Part shown: in pieces, positions 1 to 15,933 of the stretch
Numbering within the stretch: position 1 is the stretch's first letter
How the letters are laid out: each line of letters starts with the position of its first letter
NCBI RefSeq assembly: GCF_009914755.1
Contig: NC_060929.1
Direction: 5' to 3' (one strand)
DNA: 64,000 nt
Origin: the human T2T-CHM13v2.0 reference genome, Homo sapiens
Translations under genes and position numbers: made by a program
Notes under the pieces: generated by a model
What the model saw: the letters and a program-made list of their open reading frames with translations, nothing else
What the model was told of the DNA's origin: nothing
Databases searched by the model: none

Positions 1-260
1 ACACTTGCCTGACCTACTGTCTTCGTTAACGAACTGGCATCAACTCCTGTGATAAGCCCCTGGAACCAATATTCTCTTTGTTTTAAAACAACTTATTGCA
101 TACTTTCTTTCTTTTGCCTTTAGAAGCTTTTCCTTGCCTCAACCTCTTTGGATATGCTTATGATTCTCATAGCCTGCACATTACAGATTTGCAAATCTTC
201 TGTGCAACACCGAACAAACTCATTATCTTTGGAGAATCTCTCTCTGTTATTTGGTTGACA
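1..260 (+). mobile_element. 3' part of an ERV1-class LTR (MER34/MER39-like), cut by the window edge
   Basis: Ends ...AAACTCATTATCTTTGGAGAATCTCTCTCTGTTATTTGGTTGACA, resembling the recalled MER34/MER39 terminus with terminal CA. Confidence 0.5.
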
Positions 261-3200
261 GCATCAACACTTGCCTGCACTTGTCAGCCCCCCACAATCA
301 TGTGAGCCAATTTCTTAAAATGTCATCTCTTTCTCTCTCTGATATTAATTGGTATGATATATATATTGTGTGTCTACTTCATATAACAGTGGCACTGACA
401 TTGCATTTGTGCTACACTAATGATTTTTGGAGTGGTTTCCCATGCAATGCTTTCTTTGGATTGTTTGAGTCCTAGGAGGTGGCATGAGAAATTTGAGACT
501 CAAAGCAATACTTTGTCTAAGGCTACTTGTATTAAGGGGCAGCCTGGTCACTTCTCATCTCAGCCTCCATGCTCCATTCTTCTATTTTAGATTAGAATTC
601 ATTTTATAGTCTGTCTTGTGTAATCAATTCAAGCCTTTTCATTTCAACGTGGCCATTGACCCAGTATCAAGTTCTTAAATATTAATAGAGCTATTTTGCA
701 ATGCAGTAAATTTAAAAATCTATTTGCATCATAGAGTTACTTTGCATAAATAGAAGATTTTAATTTAGTTGAATGCATGCTGCAGGATTTTATGAACTAT
801 GACAAGTAAATTTTGGGTTCATGGAGATACAAGTTGGAGTAATAGCAATCATTTTTGACATTTTTATTGCCAATAATTCTTTTCTGTCTGGAACTAAAGT
901 CAGAAGTTTCAAACCAGCACCAATTCTAACTTTTACCTGCTGTATAATCTCACGCAAGGCCCACTATCTCCAGCCCTGGGTCAATATGAGAGGGTCAATC
1001 ATCTCTAGGATCTTTTCTAGCCATGGCAGTTTATAATTCCATTATCTATTTCACTTTGGAAGGCCTGTTCAATAACTCTAAGTTTGCTCTGTTTAGACTT
1101 TGCACACAAATAACTATATTTTGTATTTGTATATAGAATATACAAAAAGGCCCATGTTGTGTTTCTGTAAAAATTACAGCTATGGAAAAAGTATTCAAAG
1201 CCTTTATCCCAAGGGCTTCTTCGACACTCCAAATTATATTCCAGATATGGTTTTTTGCTTAGTAAAATCTCTATATGTTTTGTATCACAACACTTTTTCT
1301 TTTAATTTTTTAACACATGCATAGTCAACAGGATGGTTAATCCATGTGTTTTTTGTTTATTTGTCTTTAGCTCATATTATTATATAACTCATAACAATGT
1401 ACAAATCTCTTTCAATGTGTAAAGGGTGTTTTACAAAATTCTTTGTTTTAGAAACCAAAGTAAAAATTTTGCGAGTAATTAACTCAAATCCTCTTCCAAC
1501 TTCTATACTCTCTCAAAGGAATCAAATACAATGGGAGATAAAACTAGCCAAAATCTGTTTTCTCTTTTCTTTAACACATGTGATTTTCAGAGGTGGTCAA
1601 AGCAATTTCTCTTTCTCAAGCCATTTTTCCTCTATCTCAGCATGCCAGACACAAGAGGCTTTGCTATAACCAATGGAAGACCTTTTTTTTTTTGTATCTT
1701 AATATTCCAGTAGAACTTTTTTCAAAGAAATATTTTGAAGCCATAGTCATTTTAAAACAAACCAAAAAAAAAAAAAAAAGAGAGCAAAGTAAATCAAGAG
1801 TAAGAAGCTTATTTAAAGTTTACTTTCGAAAACAGAGTTCCGTATTATGAAGAGTCAGTATAAATAAGTATGGCTAAATTAGTAATTAGTTGGGTAACCT
1901 AAAAGGACATGACCAAGGACACCAGGCACAGTCACCACAGTGACACCACAGTGACAAATCTCTGAGAATAGAATTGTATGCGATACTTGGGATAGAATGT
2001 AAAAATGTGACATTGAGAGGCGTTTTTGGTGAAATGTCAAGGATGTGTTGAGTAACAACAATACATGCGATTTTGTAAATTCACTCTCATATCTCATTGA
2101 ACTTTACTGGATTTTTCTCATTTATGGTGGACTTTTTCAACAGTGATTCTTCCCCCCAGTTCAAGTCAGCCAACATTCACTGAATGGCAGATATGTGCTC
2201 AATATTTGCTGATATCCAGTATTATCTATTATTAACAAGCACTGTGTTTAGTTTCCAAAGATATAAAAATGCAAAAGCCACAGTTTCTGTATTTCAGGAA
2301 TGTATAGTCTCGTGGGAAAATACATAGCGTCAAGTTTGATGTATCCTCAAAATACCAAATCTGAGCATCCTTAGGATCTGTTTTTCATAGCATCTCCAAG
2401 GAACATTTTGTGGGGAACGTGACCCTCAAAGGTTATATGGTTCAGCTCTCAAATTGTCCATAACTTGTTATGGATCTGCCTTCTAATAATTAAAGCATGT
2501 TCTGTATCCTTTTTCTTGGGTTATAATTTCCTTAAAGTTAACATTTATTTTATACATCAATATCTTAGGTATAGAGGTTTTCTTGTTCTAAGATTATCCT
2601 CATTTCTGAAACTTTGGCCCTTGTTAATGAGTTTCCTCAGTCTAAGTGTCAGAGATATGAGGGTAAACAGTACTGGAGTCTTCATTAGTAGGTTCATAAG
2701 CTTTAGTATGCACAGAATCAGCAGAGAAATCTGGAGACTGGCTGCTTTGGATCTGCCCCTAGAATGCAGCTTTCTTAGGCCCGCAGTACAGGAAATTGGA
2801 ATAAATGCCTTGGAAATTTCAATAAATGCCTTTGGAGTTTCCTATGTACATGTGTCCAAAGGCCACACTTTGAGAAACCTTGTTCTATGAAAATGTCTTT
2901 CAGCCTGAATAGGTATTAGAGAAGATAGCTCCCTTCTGATGTTTCTTTTTTGTAATAAAATACATTCATTAAGTGTAGTTGCTTGAACAGTGTCGTAACA
3001 TCCAACTCTCCCTCAGAGATATGGGAATTAACGTCAATCCAGCACATAGTTATTTGGAATGGAATTGAGAATTAAACTTTTGAATTAAGCTCCTTATTTT
3101 GTCTACCAGGCAGCTTTTTCTTCTAACAGTGTTACAAGGCCTCACATGCCTCAGTGAGACTCTATTATCCTTTGGGTAGAACCATAAACAAATATAATAT

Positions 3201-3358
3201 TAGTAGTTTTTTATAGAAATATCATTGTGGAAAGAAAAATGGAAAAGCTTATTTTGGAGGTTAAAATAACAAGTGCATTGACCAGTATTTTTTCCTGCAT
3301 CTTTAGAAATAAGGGAGTGGGGCAAAGTCTGGAATCTGTGAGTTAAAATACAAGAGAC

Positions 3359-3748
<390 letters not shown>

Positions 3749-4289
3749 TTACTTAGCATTCTGTTTACTTAGCATCCATATATCTCCTTCTGTAAATGAA
3801 GAATTCCTGAGGACAAGGAGCTTTGTCTGTTCTTGGTCCCCTGGGGTGGCTTATAGTGCTTGGGACCACAGTGTTTTATGATGCCATCAGCCTCAACTCC
3901 TGGACTAGGTGTCTCCTTGGCAGGCCCTATGAAGGCAACCGCTGCAACAATTTCAGGAGATGTCACGCAGGCCTCTGGCATCCTCTGTCCTCTCACAGGG
4001 GGCAGGGTAAAGCTCTTCATCCAGAGAACAAGCGAGGGTCATACTGCTCCTCTGGCCCTGGGGCCACCTGGCCTGGTTAGGAAGCTGCACAAATCTGTTG
4101 CCTCCTCTCCATTCCTACCATGTTGGTCTCCTCATGTTTTATCTGAATAACTGAACATCTTCCTAACTGCCTCCAGTTGGCCAGCTCCCAACCCATTCCT
4201 CAGACGGAATGGACTTTTTCTGAAACAAATTTGGCCATGTGAATGACTCCCTTTAGCAACACTACATCACCTTCACCACCATTCCTTCA

Positions 4290-4452
4290 ATTTGGAGAAG
4301 TAGAAGAATCTGTTGGAGATCTGGTTAAAGATACAGGTGCCCAGTCCTACCCTAGACTTATAAAATCAATCTCCGAGGGTTGGACCTACAAGTCTGCATT
4401 TTTAAGATGTTCACCAGGTCATTCTAATGCACATACTTTAAGAGAAACACTA
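4290..4452. mobile_element. MER5A-like hAT-Charlie MITE, degraded
   Basis: GAATCT...GTTAAAGATACAG...TCTGCATTTTAAG...CCAGGTCATTCTAATGCACA...GAGAAACACT resembles MER5A. Confidence 0.55.
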
Positions 4453-4849
4453 AGGTTTAGTTTCCTTAACACGCTATATAAGATAACTCTAAAAGAAAAA
4501 TGCGTATTTTCGCGTACCTCTCCAACCTAATCTCCTGGGAGGATCTGGCTGCCATTGCAGCAGGAATGACAGTTTGTAGTTCCAGGAATTCTCACGCTGG
4601 TTTCTGTATTCCTTTGTCTTTATTGGGGGCTGCTACACACAGTAGTGCAGGTTGTGCACTGGACAACTCCAAGGATTGCCATTCATGTTGTAGCTGGAGT
4701 GATGGATGTCCTGCCTTTGTTTTATGTCTCCGATGCTGGGAACACTCATTTGCTTTCTTTTTGCCTGGCTTAGTCCCTAGTTATCTTGTAAGATACAGTC
4801 TGGCACCAATACTTTTTTGAAATCCAGGAATATTTGTGCATAGCTCTCT

Positions 4850-5012
4850 CATCACATTTGTCACATTGTATTTCCATGTTATTTTTGTGCATCTGTATCT
4901 TCTAGCAGATGTAAACAATTTGAGGGCAGGTTGTTATATATCCACTTACCCTCAGGGTCAAGTCTAAGCCCAAAGTGGGCAATCAACTAAGGCTCATAGA
5001 ATGAAGGAATAA
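4850..5012 (+). mobile_element. L2 3' end fragment
   Basis: TGTAAACAATTTGAGGGCAGG...GAATGAAGGAAT resembles the L2 terminus. Confidence 0.5.
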
Positions 5013-6589
5013 AATTTGATGATTTGGCCAACTTTTATTCGTTCATTCATTTATGCATTCACTCATTCATATGAAACTCTGTATGTCTTAGAAAATTTTT
5101 GCTATATGTTTACATTAAAAGATAACAATTTAAAAACCATCTAGACAAATTATACATTTTAAGTCCATTTCTGTATTTTTATAATGTTTTAGTAGCAAGT
5201 AAGAAAACTGAATGGTCTGATATAACAAAGACATTTACTAGGTCTCATAGGAGGATATTCTAAGGTAGGACGCAGTTCAGGTTTAATCCAGCAGTTCATA
5301 AATGTCATCAAGGCTGAGATTCCCCTCTGCTATACAACCATCCACAGCATCAATTGATTCCTCTCAACTGTGGTTATAGGATGGCTGACTTTTTCATGTC
5401 CCGTGAAGCTGCAGCCTCTAACAAATGCTTCTTGTGCCAGATTGGGTCATATGTTCATGGCTGTGCTAATTCCATTAAAGATGATGAAAAGACCTTGTAA
5501 CTGAGCAGGCCCTCTCTTAAACTAAGGTCAATTCTCTAATTCTCCTAAATGCAACTTAATATCCAGTGGAGAGGTATGGTTTGGATATGTGGGAGACAAC
5601 CTCAGTATGCACCGGAGGTCAATCCGCACTGATCATGGCAGCTGTGTTCTCTGAGACGCGCAGCTCTGCCACAGTGTGAGTAGGAATACAGGAAGAGAGG
5701 AAGTCACAGACATCAGGTATTTCAGCTGTTCCTCTTTCCCCGTCTTATTTTCAATTTAGGGTAAATTAGTGGTTTGGCAAATACACCTGCCAAACAATTC
5801 CAAGAACCAGTGATTTGTCAGCAAGTCAGAATCACAGTATTCTTACTTCTGGCCTTGAGAGGCTTCCTCTCAGCACAGGCAAAGTTAGCTGGATGTAATG
5901 AGAGCAAGGCACAGGCGGCCTGAGCGAGGAGTGGGATGATAAAGAGAGAAGTGGTCCTCATTAGTCTAGACCTGAGTGTCATTGTGGAGTCAACCACCAC
6001 CTGCTGCAGATGATCTGCTCCCTTTCTAGGGACCATGAGAAGTTCCTGGAACCTGTGTGAAGCAAGGACAATTCCCAGAGCAGAATGAGTAAGCCACCAG
6101 GAATTCAGCCATGAGAGCAAAGCACAGAGCAGCCCCTGCACAGGGTTTTCAGCCCTATGCATTTCTCCTTCTCTCCAAAGATTAAAGCAGGGGAAGATTC
6201 ATTTTTAAGTGAGAAAGTATTTTTCTCAACCTGGTATGTGCTGAAAATCTGCCATCTCTTACCGTCCTTCCATTTCATGTTCATGTGAATTCAACTTTAT
6301 ATCAACCCATCTGGCCAAACCCAAAAGCTCGTTAGTTTATGTTTACTACATCATGGCTTTCAGGTTTTTCTAGGTTCATTTTGACTTTTTGTTGTCAATT
6401 TACTTCTGTAATCATTATTTTCCATGGTTCCCATTCAATTTCTCCTTAGTCAGAATAAGAGAGAGTGAAAAAAGGTGGAAAATTATATTTTCCTGTCTTG
6501 TCTCGCCTTTCTTCTTGCTATTAGTGTTCAAGAGTCTAAGTACCAAAGAGGAAAGGCACCTTAAAATGAATATATAAATGGTATTTTAA

Positions 6590-6870
6590 TAACTTCTGTG
6601 TGCCAGGTACTGTTAGAACTGTTAGAGGCTGAAAAAATATGTATACTTATATTTATATATATTACATAGAAATTAAGAGGTATGTGTATCATTTAATCCT
6701 CACAACAATCATAATATATAAACATTATTATAATATATTTTATTATTCCTCATTTTCTGATGAGGAAATGTAGGAGAGAAAGGTGATGTTTCTTATCCAT
6801 ACCAGGCTAGAAAGTGACAGAGACAGGAAGCAACTCCACAGAGCCAGGTTTCAGAACCCATGGTCTCAGA
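6590..6870 (-). mobile_element. MIR SINE
   Basis: ATCATTTAATCCTCACAACAA...ATTATTCCTCATTTTCTGATGAGGAAA is the MIR core on the minus strand. Confidence 0.7.
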
Positions 6871-7298
6871 GCTAATCTATGCTGTGCCACCATTTAGGCT
6901 TTCGACAGTGGACCTTCACCACCTCTCCTAAGAGTGCCAGCTTTGTGTAGTTGGCAGCGTCACTTCCCAAATGCCCCCACCTGTCCTTTCCTCCATCCCT
7001 CCATTCCACATCCTTCAGCCATCCGGTAGTCCTCACTGAGTGTCTACTCTTGCCAGGCTGCCTGCTAGGCACTGGGGATATGAGGGAAACTAGACCAACA
7101 GTGTTCCTGCTTAGCCCTCATGAGCTATGTGTTCTCCAGGCCAACCATGACAGACTCCAGTCACGAGTCCTTCTTCAAACATCGCCCCTTAGACTTCTCT
7201 TCCTTAAGCAGAACATTATCAGTTCTAAGAACATTTCTGTTGTTACTAAGGGAATGCTGGAGTTAAAGTAGTTTTCTGTACCCTGAAGGCACTCACAG

Positions 7299-7434
7299 AA
7301 TATGCACAATCTGTGGGAGAAATTAATAGAAATTAATAAACACAATCTGTGGGAGAAATTAATAGAAATTAATATGCACAATCTGTGGGAGAAATTAATA
7401 GAAATTAATATGCACAATCTGTGGGAGAAATTAA
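7299..7434. repeat. 36-bp minisatellite, ~3.8 copies
   Basis: AATATGCACAATCTGTGGGAGAAATTAATAGAAATT starting at 7299, 7335 (2 substitutions), 7371 and 7407 (partial); no spacers. Confidence 0.97.
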
Positions 7435-7918
7435 ATCTATGATTACATGAATAGCCAGATCTTCATCCTGAGGATGTCCGAAGTTAAGGGTAGGGATTTT
7501 TTAAAGTGTTCTATGGAACAATTTGCCTGGTTTAGGAAGTCCCCCTACACATTGTTTTATCATTTTCATAAGGTGGAAATTTCACACATTCATCACTTGA
7601 GTTTTTATTTTCTTTAAAATGTAATCTTTATGATAGAATTGAGTTATATAGTACAATAAAAATGACAGTGAAACATCAGTCTGTGGTCTGTCCTCTGACA
7701 TCAGTCAAGTTCACGTTCATCTCTCCATTTGTCTTATAGGACTTCATTCAGTACATTACTGTGAAGCACCAGTGGAGACGTGGAAATAGGATATAAGAGA
7801 CTGTGAGAAGGATGATTATAATGTTCTAGAAATAGTTCAAGTCCCTAGGTCACTTCTGAGGCCCTTATTGTTCTGCCCAGTCTTTACCCTTTGACCTTAT
7901 CTCCACCTTTGACCTTAA

Positions 7919-8294
<376 letters not shown>

Positions 8295-8379
8295 TGGGAC
8301 ATGTTTTATCCCTCCAAACTTTGTTCAGCTGCTCCCTCTTGCCTCAAGGCCCAGCCCTTCACCTAACCTATTTCTAAGT

Positions 8380-8853
8380 TATCCTTCTACACTCAGCTCA
8401 AGTCTTCACTGACCCCAAGTACAATCTAGATACTTCTTTTCTATGTCCCCTTAGCAGCCCATGTTTAATTCTATTTTAGCAATTCTCATGCTGCCTTACA
8501 GACCCACTCCACTATTCAGTGAGATTCCTGACATGAAGGACCTCATGCTGATCATTTCTTTCTTTTGTTTTTTTTTTTTTTTGAATATTTGAGGTAAAAA
8601 TTGTATTACATGTGTAGTAAGTGTTCATAGTAATTTAGGTCTCATAAAACCCTGCCTCCCCCTACGGTATCCTCTTACTCAGATGATAAAACTTGAATGC
8701 AACTCCGTGTTCTGTCACAGACAATTGAAATCTGAGGATTCAAAAGAACACCCTTGCCTATTTCTGAGCAAGCACAGTCACTGCCTGTTCATTTCTGTAT
8801 TTCCAGTTCCTGCTTCATAACAGATGCTCAACAGATGTTTATTGATTATGAAA
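8380..8853 (+). mobile_element. L2 3' fragment interrupted by an insertion at 8560-8784
   Basis: GTGAGATTCCTG...TCATTTCT | GTATTTCCAG...GCTCAACAGATGTTTATTGATTATGAA is collinear with the L2 3' end once the insert is removed. Confidence 0.65.
8560..8784 (-). pseudogene. Short orphan retrocopy (poly-A tail plus TSD), source unknown
   Basis: T-tract at 8560-8582; AATACA 19 nt upstream of the tail on the minus strand; 12-bp TSD CTGATCATTTCT (8548-8559) / CTGTTCATTTCT (8785-8796). Confidence 0.65.
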
Positions 8854-8983
8854 AGGATCCCTGAAAAGCTTTCTCCTGGAATTAGACTCTCAGCCCTAGA
8901 ATAGAGCAAGCCTGCAGAAACGAGAACTGGAGGCTTGAAAGTCCTCCATAACTGGGTTGAAGAGAAACCATTTTCCTGTAATC

Positions 8984-9282
8984 TTTTTTTTTTTTTTTTT
9001 TGAGATGGAGTCTTGCTCTGCCGCACAGGCTGGAGTGCCATGGCCTGATCTTGGCTCACTGCAAGCTCCACCTCCTGGGTTCACGCCATTCTCCTGCCTC
9101 AGCCTCCTGAGTAGCTGGGACCACAGGTGCCCACCACAACGCCCTGCTAATTTTTTGTATTTTTAGTAGAGACAGGATTTCACCGCGTTAGCCAGGATGG
9201 TCTCGATCTCCTGACCTCGTGATCCGCCCGCCTCGGTCTCCCAAAGTGCTGGGATTACAGGTGTGAGCCACCGCACCTGGCC
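8984..9282 (-). mobile_element. AluY SINE
   Basis: GCAAGCTCC...TTCACGCCATTCTCC AluY diagnostics; perfect 15-bp TSD TTTTCCTGTAATCTT. Confidence 0.95.
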
Positions 9283-9624
9283 CTTTTCCTGTAATCTTAA
9301 CATCAGAAAGCACAACTGTTCCCTCTTAGAACTCCTAGGCATTCTATTCCAGGCATTCATCTCTTCCTGCCTTCTAACATGCAAATGTATGCATGAGCCC
9401 TCATGGTCCTCAGGTTGAAATGTCCTTAGGTTGACTATCAGTGTGTTGCACACACCCAGGACAGGGATTGTCCCTAAGAAATATTCCCCAGGTTTCTATA
9501 ACTTCACAACAAACTCAAGCACATTACCTGATTATATCCCTTTATTCCTTCTTTTCCTTACCCATTGTGCACCTATCTTACCACTCTATTCTGCTTTTTA
9601 CTAAATGCTAGTTTTGATCATCTT

Positions 9625-10945
<1,321 letters not shown>

Positions 10946-13900
10946 AATCTCTGTTTTTAATAGTTAAAACTTCTGTAACAGTTGTTAATTTTTCACAGAC
11001 TACTTTTTCCCCCAATTTTAAAAGGGAACTTTGCCTTTTCTGGGCCAAACTCCCACTCAGTTTCATGTAGAACCTGGAAGGATGGGTGGTCCCCACTTAG
11101 TAGACTTCTGGCCACATCTATTTTTGGTTAGGATGTGCTGTTGCAATTCAGAGATTTCAATTCTAATTACATGGATAGTTTCTAACATATGTGGATGTTG
11201 GGTAATATGAGGCCAACTGTTATTAACGTTTCTGTGTTCTGTCTTTTTGATCGTTCTAAAAGTAGGAAGTTACCATTTTGTAATCAGAGGGAGTCATATT
11301 TGTAGAATTCTAAGCCCTTTATCTTCTGAAGCACTAATGTCTTTTTCTATTAATCTCTTTTGGCTTCTGTGGTCCTGACCCTGGCAATTAATTTCACTGC
11401 AGATGCATGAGCCAGGTACACACAGACACAAACTGTAGTATCAACTATATAGAGAAAGATGTTAGCCTGAGAGCTGTGCAGCTACCTGAAAATCAGAGGT
11501 GAAATGAAGGAGAACAGTCTACATTTTAAAATCCCTAACAATTGTTTATACCAACTTACTGTTTCAGAGATACCCCTGGTTTAAAACTGTTTTGGATAAT
11601 CATTTAGAAGAGGTTTTCTCTTTCCAGTTCATACAAGCTGTAATACATCATGCAAACGCTATTCCCAAAGTGATTATAAGCATGTTTTACATCAAATCTG
11701 TAAGTTTTTCTGTAATAAAGATTTTCTTAGGCTACTGCTGAGGGCTTTTTGAATTCCTAGCTTGGGCTGTTTGCAAAGCTTATTCCAACACTGTCTCAGA
11801 GCACTGTTGAGGTCATACCTTCAGGGTAATTTAAATGGAACGAATAGGAAGGTCATAATCTGAATCCAATCAACAGTCTGGTGGGAGGCCAGTGACTGTT
11901 CTGAAACATGGCATTGAGAGCCCAGATAAAATGTGTTGATTTCTGGTCTGCTTTCTGTTATACCCCAGCCCTGTAAACACCAGGCAAATAAACCTCAAGC
12001 ACAACAAACTTGAGGCAAAACAGACAAAATTAATTTTATATGGCTATTTATTTAAAGGCAATTCTGTGTGCAAGAGATCTGTCTAAACATGCTTAAGGAA
12101 GTAAATCACATTTGTGGGGCATCTTGACCTCCCTTTCTAGCTGGAGACAGTTTCATAGGAACTAGCCTTTTAGTACTTGGTGATGTGTTTTTTAAGGAAA
12201 AAACCAAGTTTAAGGGTTGACTGTGTCTTTTAATAGAACATAAATATTTTGTCAGTTTTTATTATTTTCAAAAGGAGGGAGATCACATTTTCAAGCAAGG
12301 GAGTTTTGTTTGTCTTCAATCTGATTTTTAATATGCTTAGATAGGGACATTTCTAGGTGACTAAAAGGAAAAGAAGAAATCTATGCCAGGCTTAAGAAGT
12401 ATATCAATATATATTGATACATATTTGTTTTGGAAGCTATAGGGCCTTGGACAAAATTACTGTAAAGTTTCTATAATTATGAAGTCATTTTATCTATTTG
12501 CATCCTAACAAAGGTATACTGTCATCAAAAGCTCAGTGGACATATAAGTGGATGAAAACAAAGTCATTGTGGCAAGCACAGTTTGTGAGAGATGCTGTCA
12601 TGCTGTAGAAGAAACATTACCCTTAGATTGAAAAGTTTTCTGTCCTTATCCATCCATGTTCTTGCTTTTTGGCCTTAGCTCACCACTTCACCTCTTTCAA
12701 TCTGTTTCCTTCTTTGTAAAATAAAAGCTTGTCTCCTAAGAGCTCTAAAAAGTCTATCATATGTGTTACGGTTGTTGAGAAACAACCTAAACATGTTATT
12801 GAATGAGTCCAGCTGCTCACCTAAGTGTAGTCCCACAGAGTCTTAATGCTCAAGTTTGAAGTCAAGAAACTCTGTTTCTGTTTTCTGTTTTGACACCATA
12901 ATTAGAGAGGTTGATGGAGCTGGGGGCTCAACCAATACTCTCCAGGCTCAATAGAGAAAAAAGGATAAACCACATGCCAGCATATGAATTCACAGTGAGA
13001 AAAATAAACACTAAGGGCACTGGGATGCAAAGATGTTCTGGCCAGTGCACTCTCTTAGTATTGAAATCTCAGGGGAACTCCAGATTACAGTAAGAAAACT
13101 GAGCAATGATTATGGACCTTGAGCCAAGTCTTGAGATAGTCTTCAGAAGACTTCCTCCAGTTCATGATGAAGCCTGGTGGCTCCTCTCTAACTCAGAGAC
13201 AAAAGGCTTTCTCTTTTTATCAGACGTTTATTTTTTCTCTCTCTATTTCTCTCCTGGACAGTCAATGCTTAGTGACAATAACAGGATTTTTTGTTTGTTT
13301 GTTTTAGACAACATAAAGTCTAAAACTAGAGAGAAGGCATAAATAGACCTGTTCACAGGCTTTTCTCAGCCCTACTACAATGTCATTGAGTAGGTTTCAA
13401 TGTTTTGATTACTAACATATTCTAGTCTTGCCCACCTGAATTGCTCCTCACTTGCTTTGGATGGCTGACCTTGAGTGTTCCCCTCTCCTCAGTTCAAACA
13501 TTTATAGACAAGTTCCTTTGTTACTTCACCAGATGGCGTCCCATATATCATATACGGGATTTATTAATACTAGTTTAAGAAGATAGCCTTATTCAAAATC
13601 CTTGTGGAAACCTATTGACTTGATAATCAAGTTGGAAAAATATCCATAAGGACTCACTGATTGGGACTGATAAAAGAAAAATGTCAATGAGAGACAGACC
13701 AGATTCTCTGAGGTGACAGTTATCATACTTTAGTCCTGGGGTCCATGTTAAAAATGCAGGTTCCCCTGTCAGCCACTGAGATTCTAGTTCAGTAAAAATT
13801 TTGTATTCCCAGATGATTTTATATTAGTGGCTGACAAAATCCCTTTCTTCTAAGATTTCTTATTTGCAAAATCAGCTTGGATTTTGATTCATTTCTTTAG

Positions 13901-14819
13901 GAAACAATTTCATGTTTTAGGAAAAAAAAAAGCCTCCAAATAGAGGCAGGCTTAAGTTCATGGCTTAGAAGTACCTTAGCACCAAAAGCTCAAGTACTGA
14001 GTGGTCCCTGCCAAAGTTTTAGAAAGAGCCATACAGAGGTACAACCCACTTCATAGCCATACTTGATGGCTACTGTCAGCTTTATACAATCTCTGCGTGT
14101 TTAAATCTATTCTATTAAAATTAAATTTGAGGAGAAAGGACTCTCCACCACCCTCCTTTCAGTTCTATTCTTTCTTTCCTATTCATCACTCCTTTCTTTC
14201 CTATTCATTACTGTATCCTTAACGCTCAGCAAAGTGAGTAGCATATGGTAATGATTCAAATATTTGTTGAATGAACAAGGGAAAAGTGAAAATGAAAATG
14301 AAACTACACAGATACTATGCAACCAGGAAGCTGAATTCCTTCACCAACACCAGCAAGTTCAACCAATGCTCTACACAAAGGAAACTTTTATTCTCCTCTC
14401 ACATTCTGTCCTTCTGTCAAGACTCAGAATGTCTTGTTTGTGCCGATCTCATAGGGTATATTATCGAGGCTAGAGCGGGGAGGGAAGTTCTATGCAGAGA
14501 ACAGGGACTTTGGGGAAAGAATCTGGGAATTTCAGAAGTAAAAGCTTCTCTGTGAAAGATCAGGCAGTTGTCCCTGAACAATGAATGTACACAGGGCTGA
14601 TTACAAAAGTGACACTTAAGAAAAAAAAAAAAAGACTCTCTTAACAGTGTGGTGACAAATCCTCAAAATAAGAGCTTTGTTTATTTAAGGGCCTGGGAAA
14701 CACTGAAAATATTGAGTTTTTAGCTAATGATGAACTGCAAATGCAAAGCATTGTGAATTACTCTACTGTCAATCTTAGGTTAATTTTATACTGCTGCAGT
14801 ACTTGCTAAGTTAACTAGA

Positions 14820-15003
14820 GCAGTGGTTATTAATCTACCTGCACATTAAAAATCTCTGAAATGCTTTCAGCAATTCTGGTAATCAGATCATACTTCAGAC
14901 CAATTAAAACCCACTATCCAGTCAGTGAGATTCAGACATTTGTATTTATTAAAGCTCCCAGATAACTCTAATGTGTAGCTGGTAATGAGAATCACAGTTC
15001 TAT
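14820..15003. mobile_element. MER5A-like MITE
   Basis: CAGTGGTTATTAATCT...GCACATTA...AAAGCTCCCAGATAACTCTAATGTG...GAGAATCAC. Confidence 0.65.
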
Positions 15004-15933
15004 AGGCAAAGGCCTAATTCAGATATCTTCCTAGATTAAATGGGAGTAAGCTATATGTCCAAAGAAGACACGATTATTAGAATGAATGGCCCTTGGAAGG
15101 TTTACGCTGGCCTTGCTCTTGGCTATTTCAGATTCTTCCACCATGCCAACAAGGCCTACTTTCCTTTAGATGTTTCTTTCTATGTTTCAAAGCAAATTCA
15201 AATACTTTCTTTGCACTCTTCATGAGACAGTTTTCCAAAAATACATTCCTCTTGTTTACTTAAATGGTTCCTTTAATTTCACCTTCACTATAGAATCTAC
15301 TAGAAAATCTGGAGGAGGGATGGTTATGTTTCTTTTTTTTTTTTTAACTTTAAAGCAAATAATTTTAATTTGAAAGTTGAGAAAATATAGCAGAGAAAAC
15401 TAGTCATTTGGAATGTTATGAGAGAATTTGAACAAAATATTATAAATGTTTTAAGATAGATGTGGTTGAACATTTAGAATTGGGAATCATTTTCTGATAG
15501 TTTGGGACCTAGTTTTCTGTGCTTAAATTTTAATTCAGTACTACTTACTCCATGGTCTTCTGGTGGTGTGCAACTTGAGGAATCAAATAAGCCAAGGTTT
15601 TTACAACCCTTCTCTAGGTCATTAAAGCATTTCTGCTATGTGCCTCAATATGTCTTTGATTTCATGCATAAGAAATATTAGATGCTCCATTCTCCTTCTT
15701 TAGAAGAAATAGTAACTGAATATGTTGGATTCTTCTCTATTTTTGTTGTTTCTCTTAGATTTTTAACCACACTTGCTCAAGACTAAGTTTTGTATTTTAA
15801 GTTTAAATGAGTAAAGTAAAAGGCTGGGAGCGGAGTGTGTGGTGATGCTGCTTCTTTTTCCCTTGAGAACTGAAGGCAAAAAAATTAAATTTATTATAAA
15901 AATTTGTTTTTGTCTTTTTTAATGTTTGTTTCC

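Noticed and set aside
1900-1956. Short imperfect repeats (AAGGACA, CACCACAGTGA)
   Set aside because: Ordinary slippage micro-duplications
5600-6170. Possible exon or 114-aa minus-strand ORF
   Set aside because: No recognisable protein features or convincing splice-site pair
7299-7434. CRISPR array (36-bp repeat length)
   Set aside because: Units are contiguous with no spacers, there are no cas genes, and the context is primate DNA
12402-12419. 18-bp perfect palindrome TATCAATATATATTGATA
   Set aside because: AT-rich, low complexity and short; no supporting context
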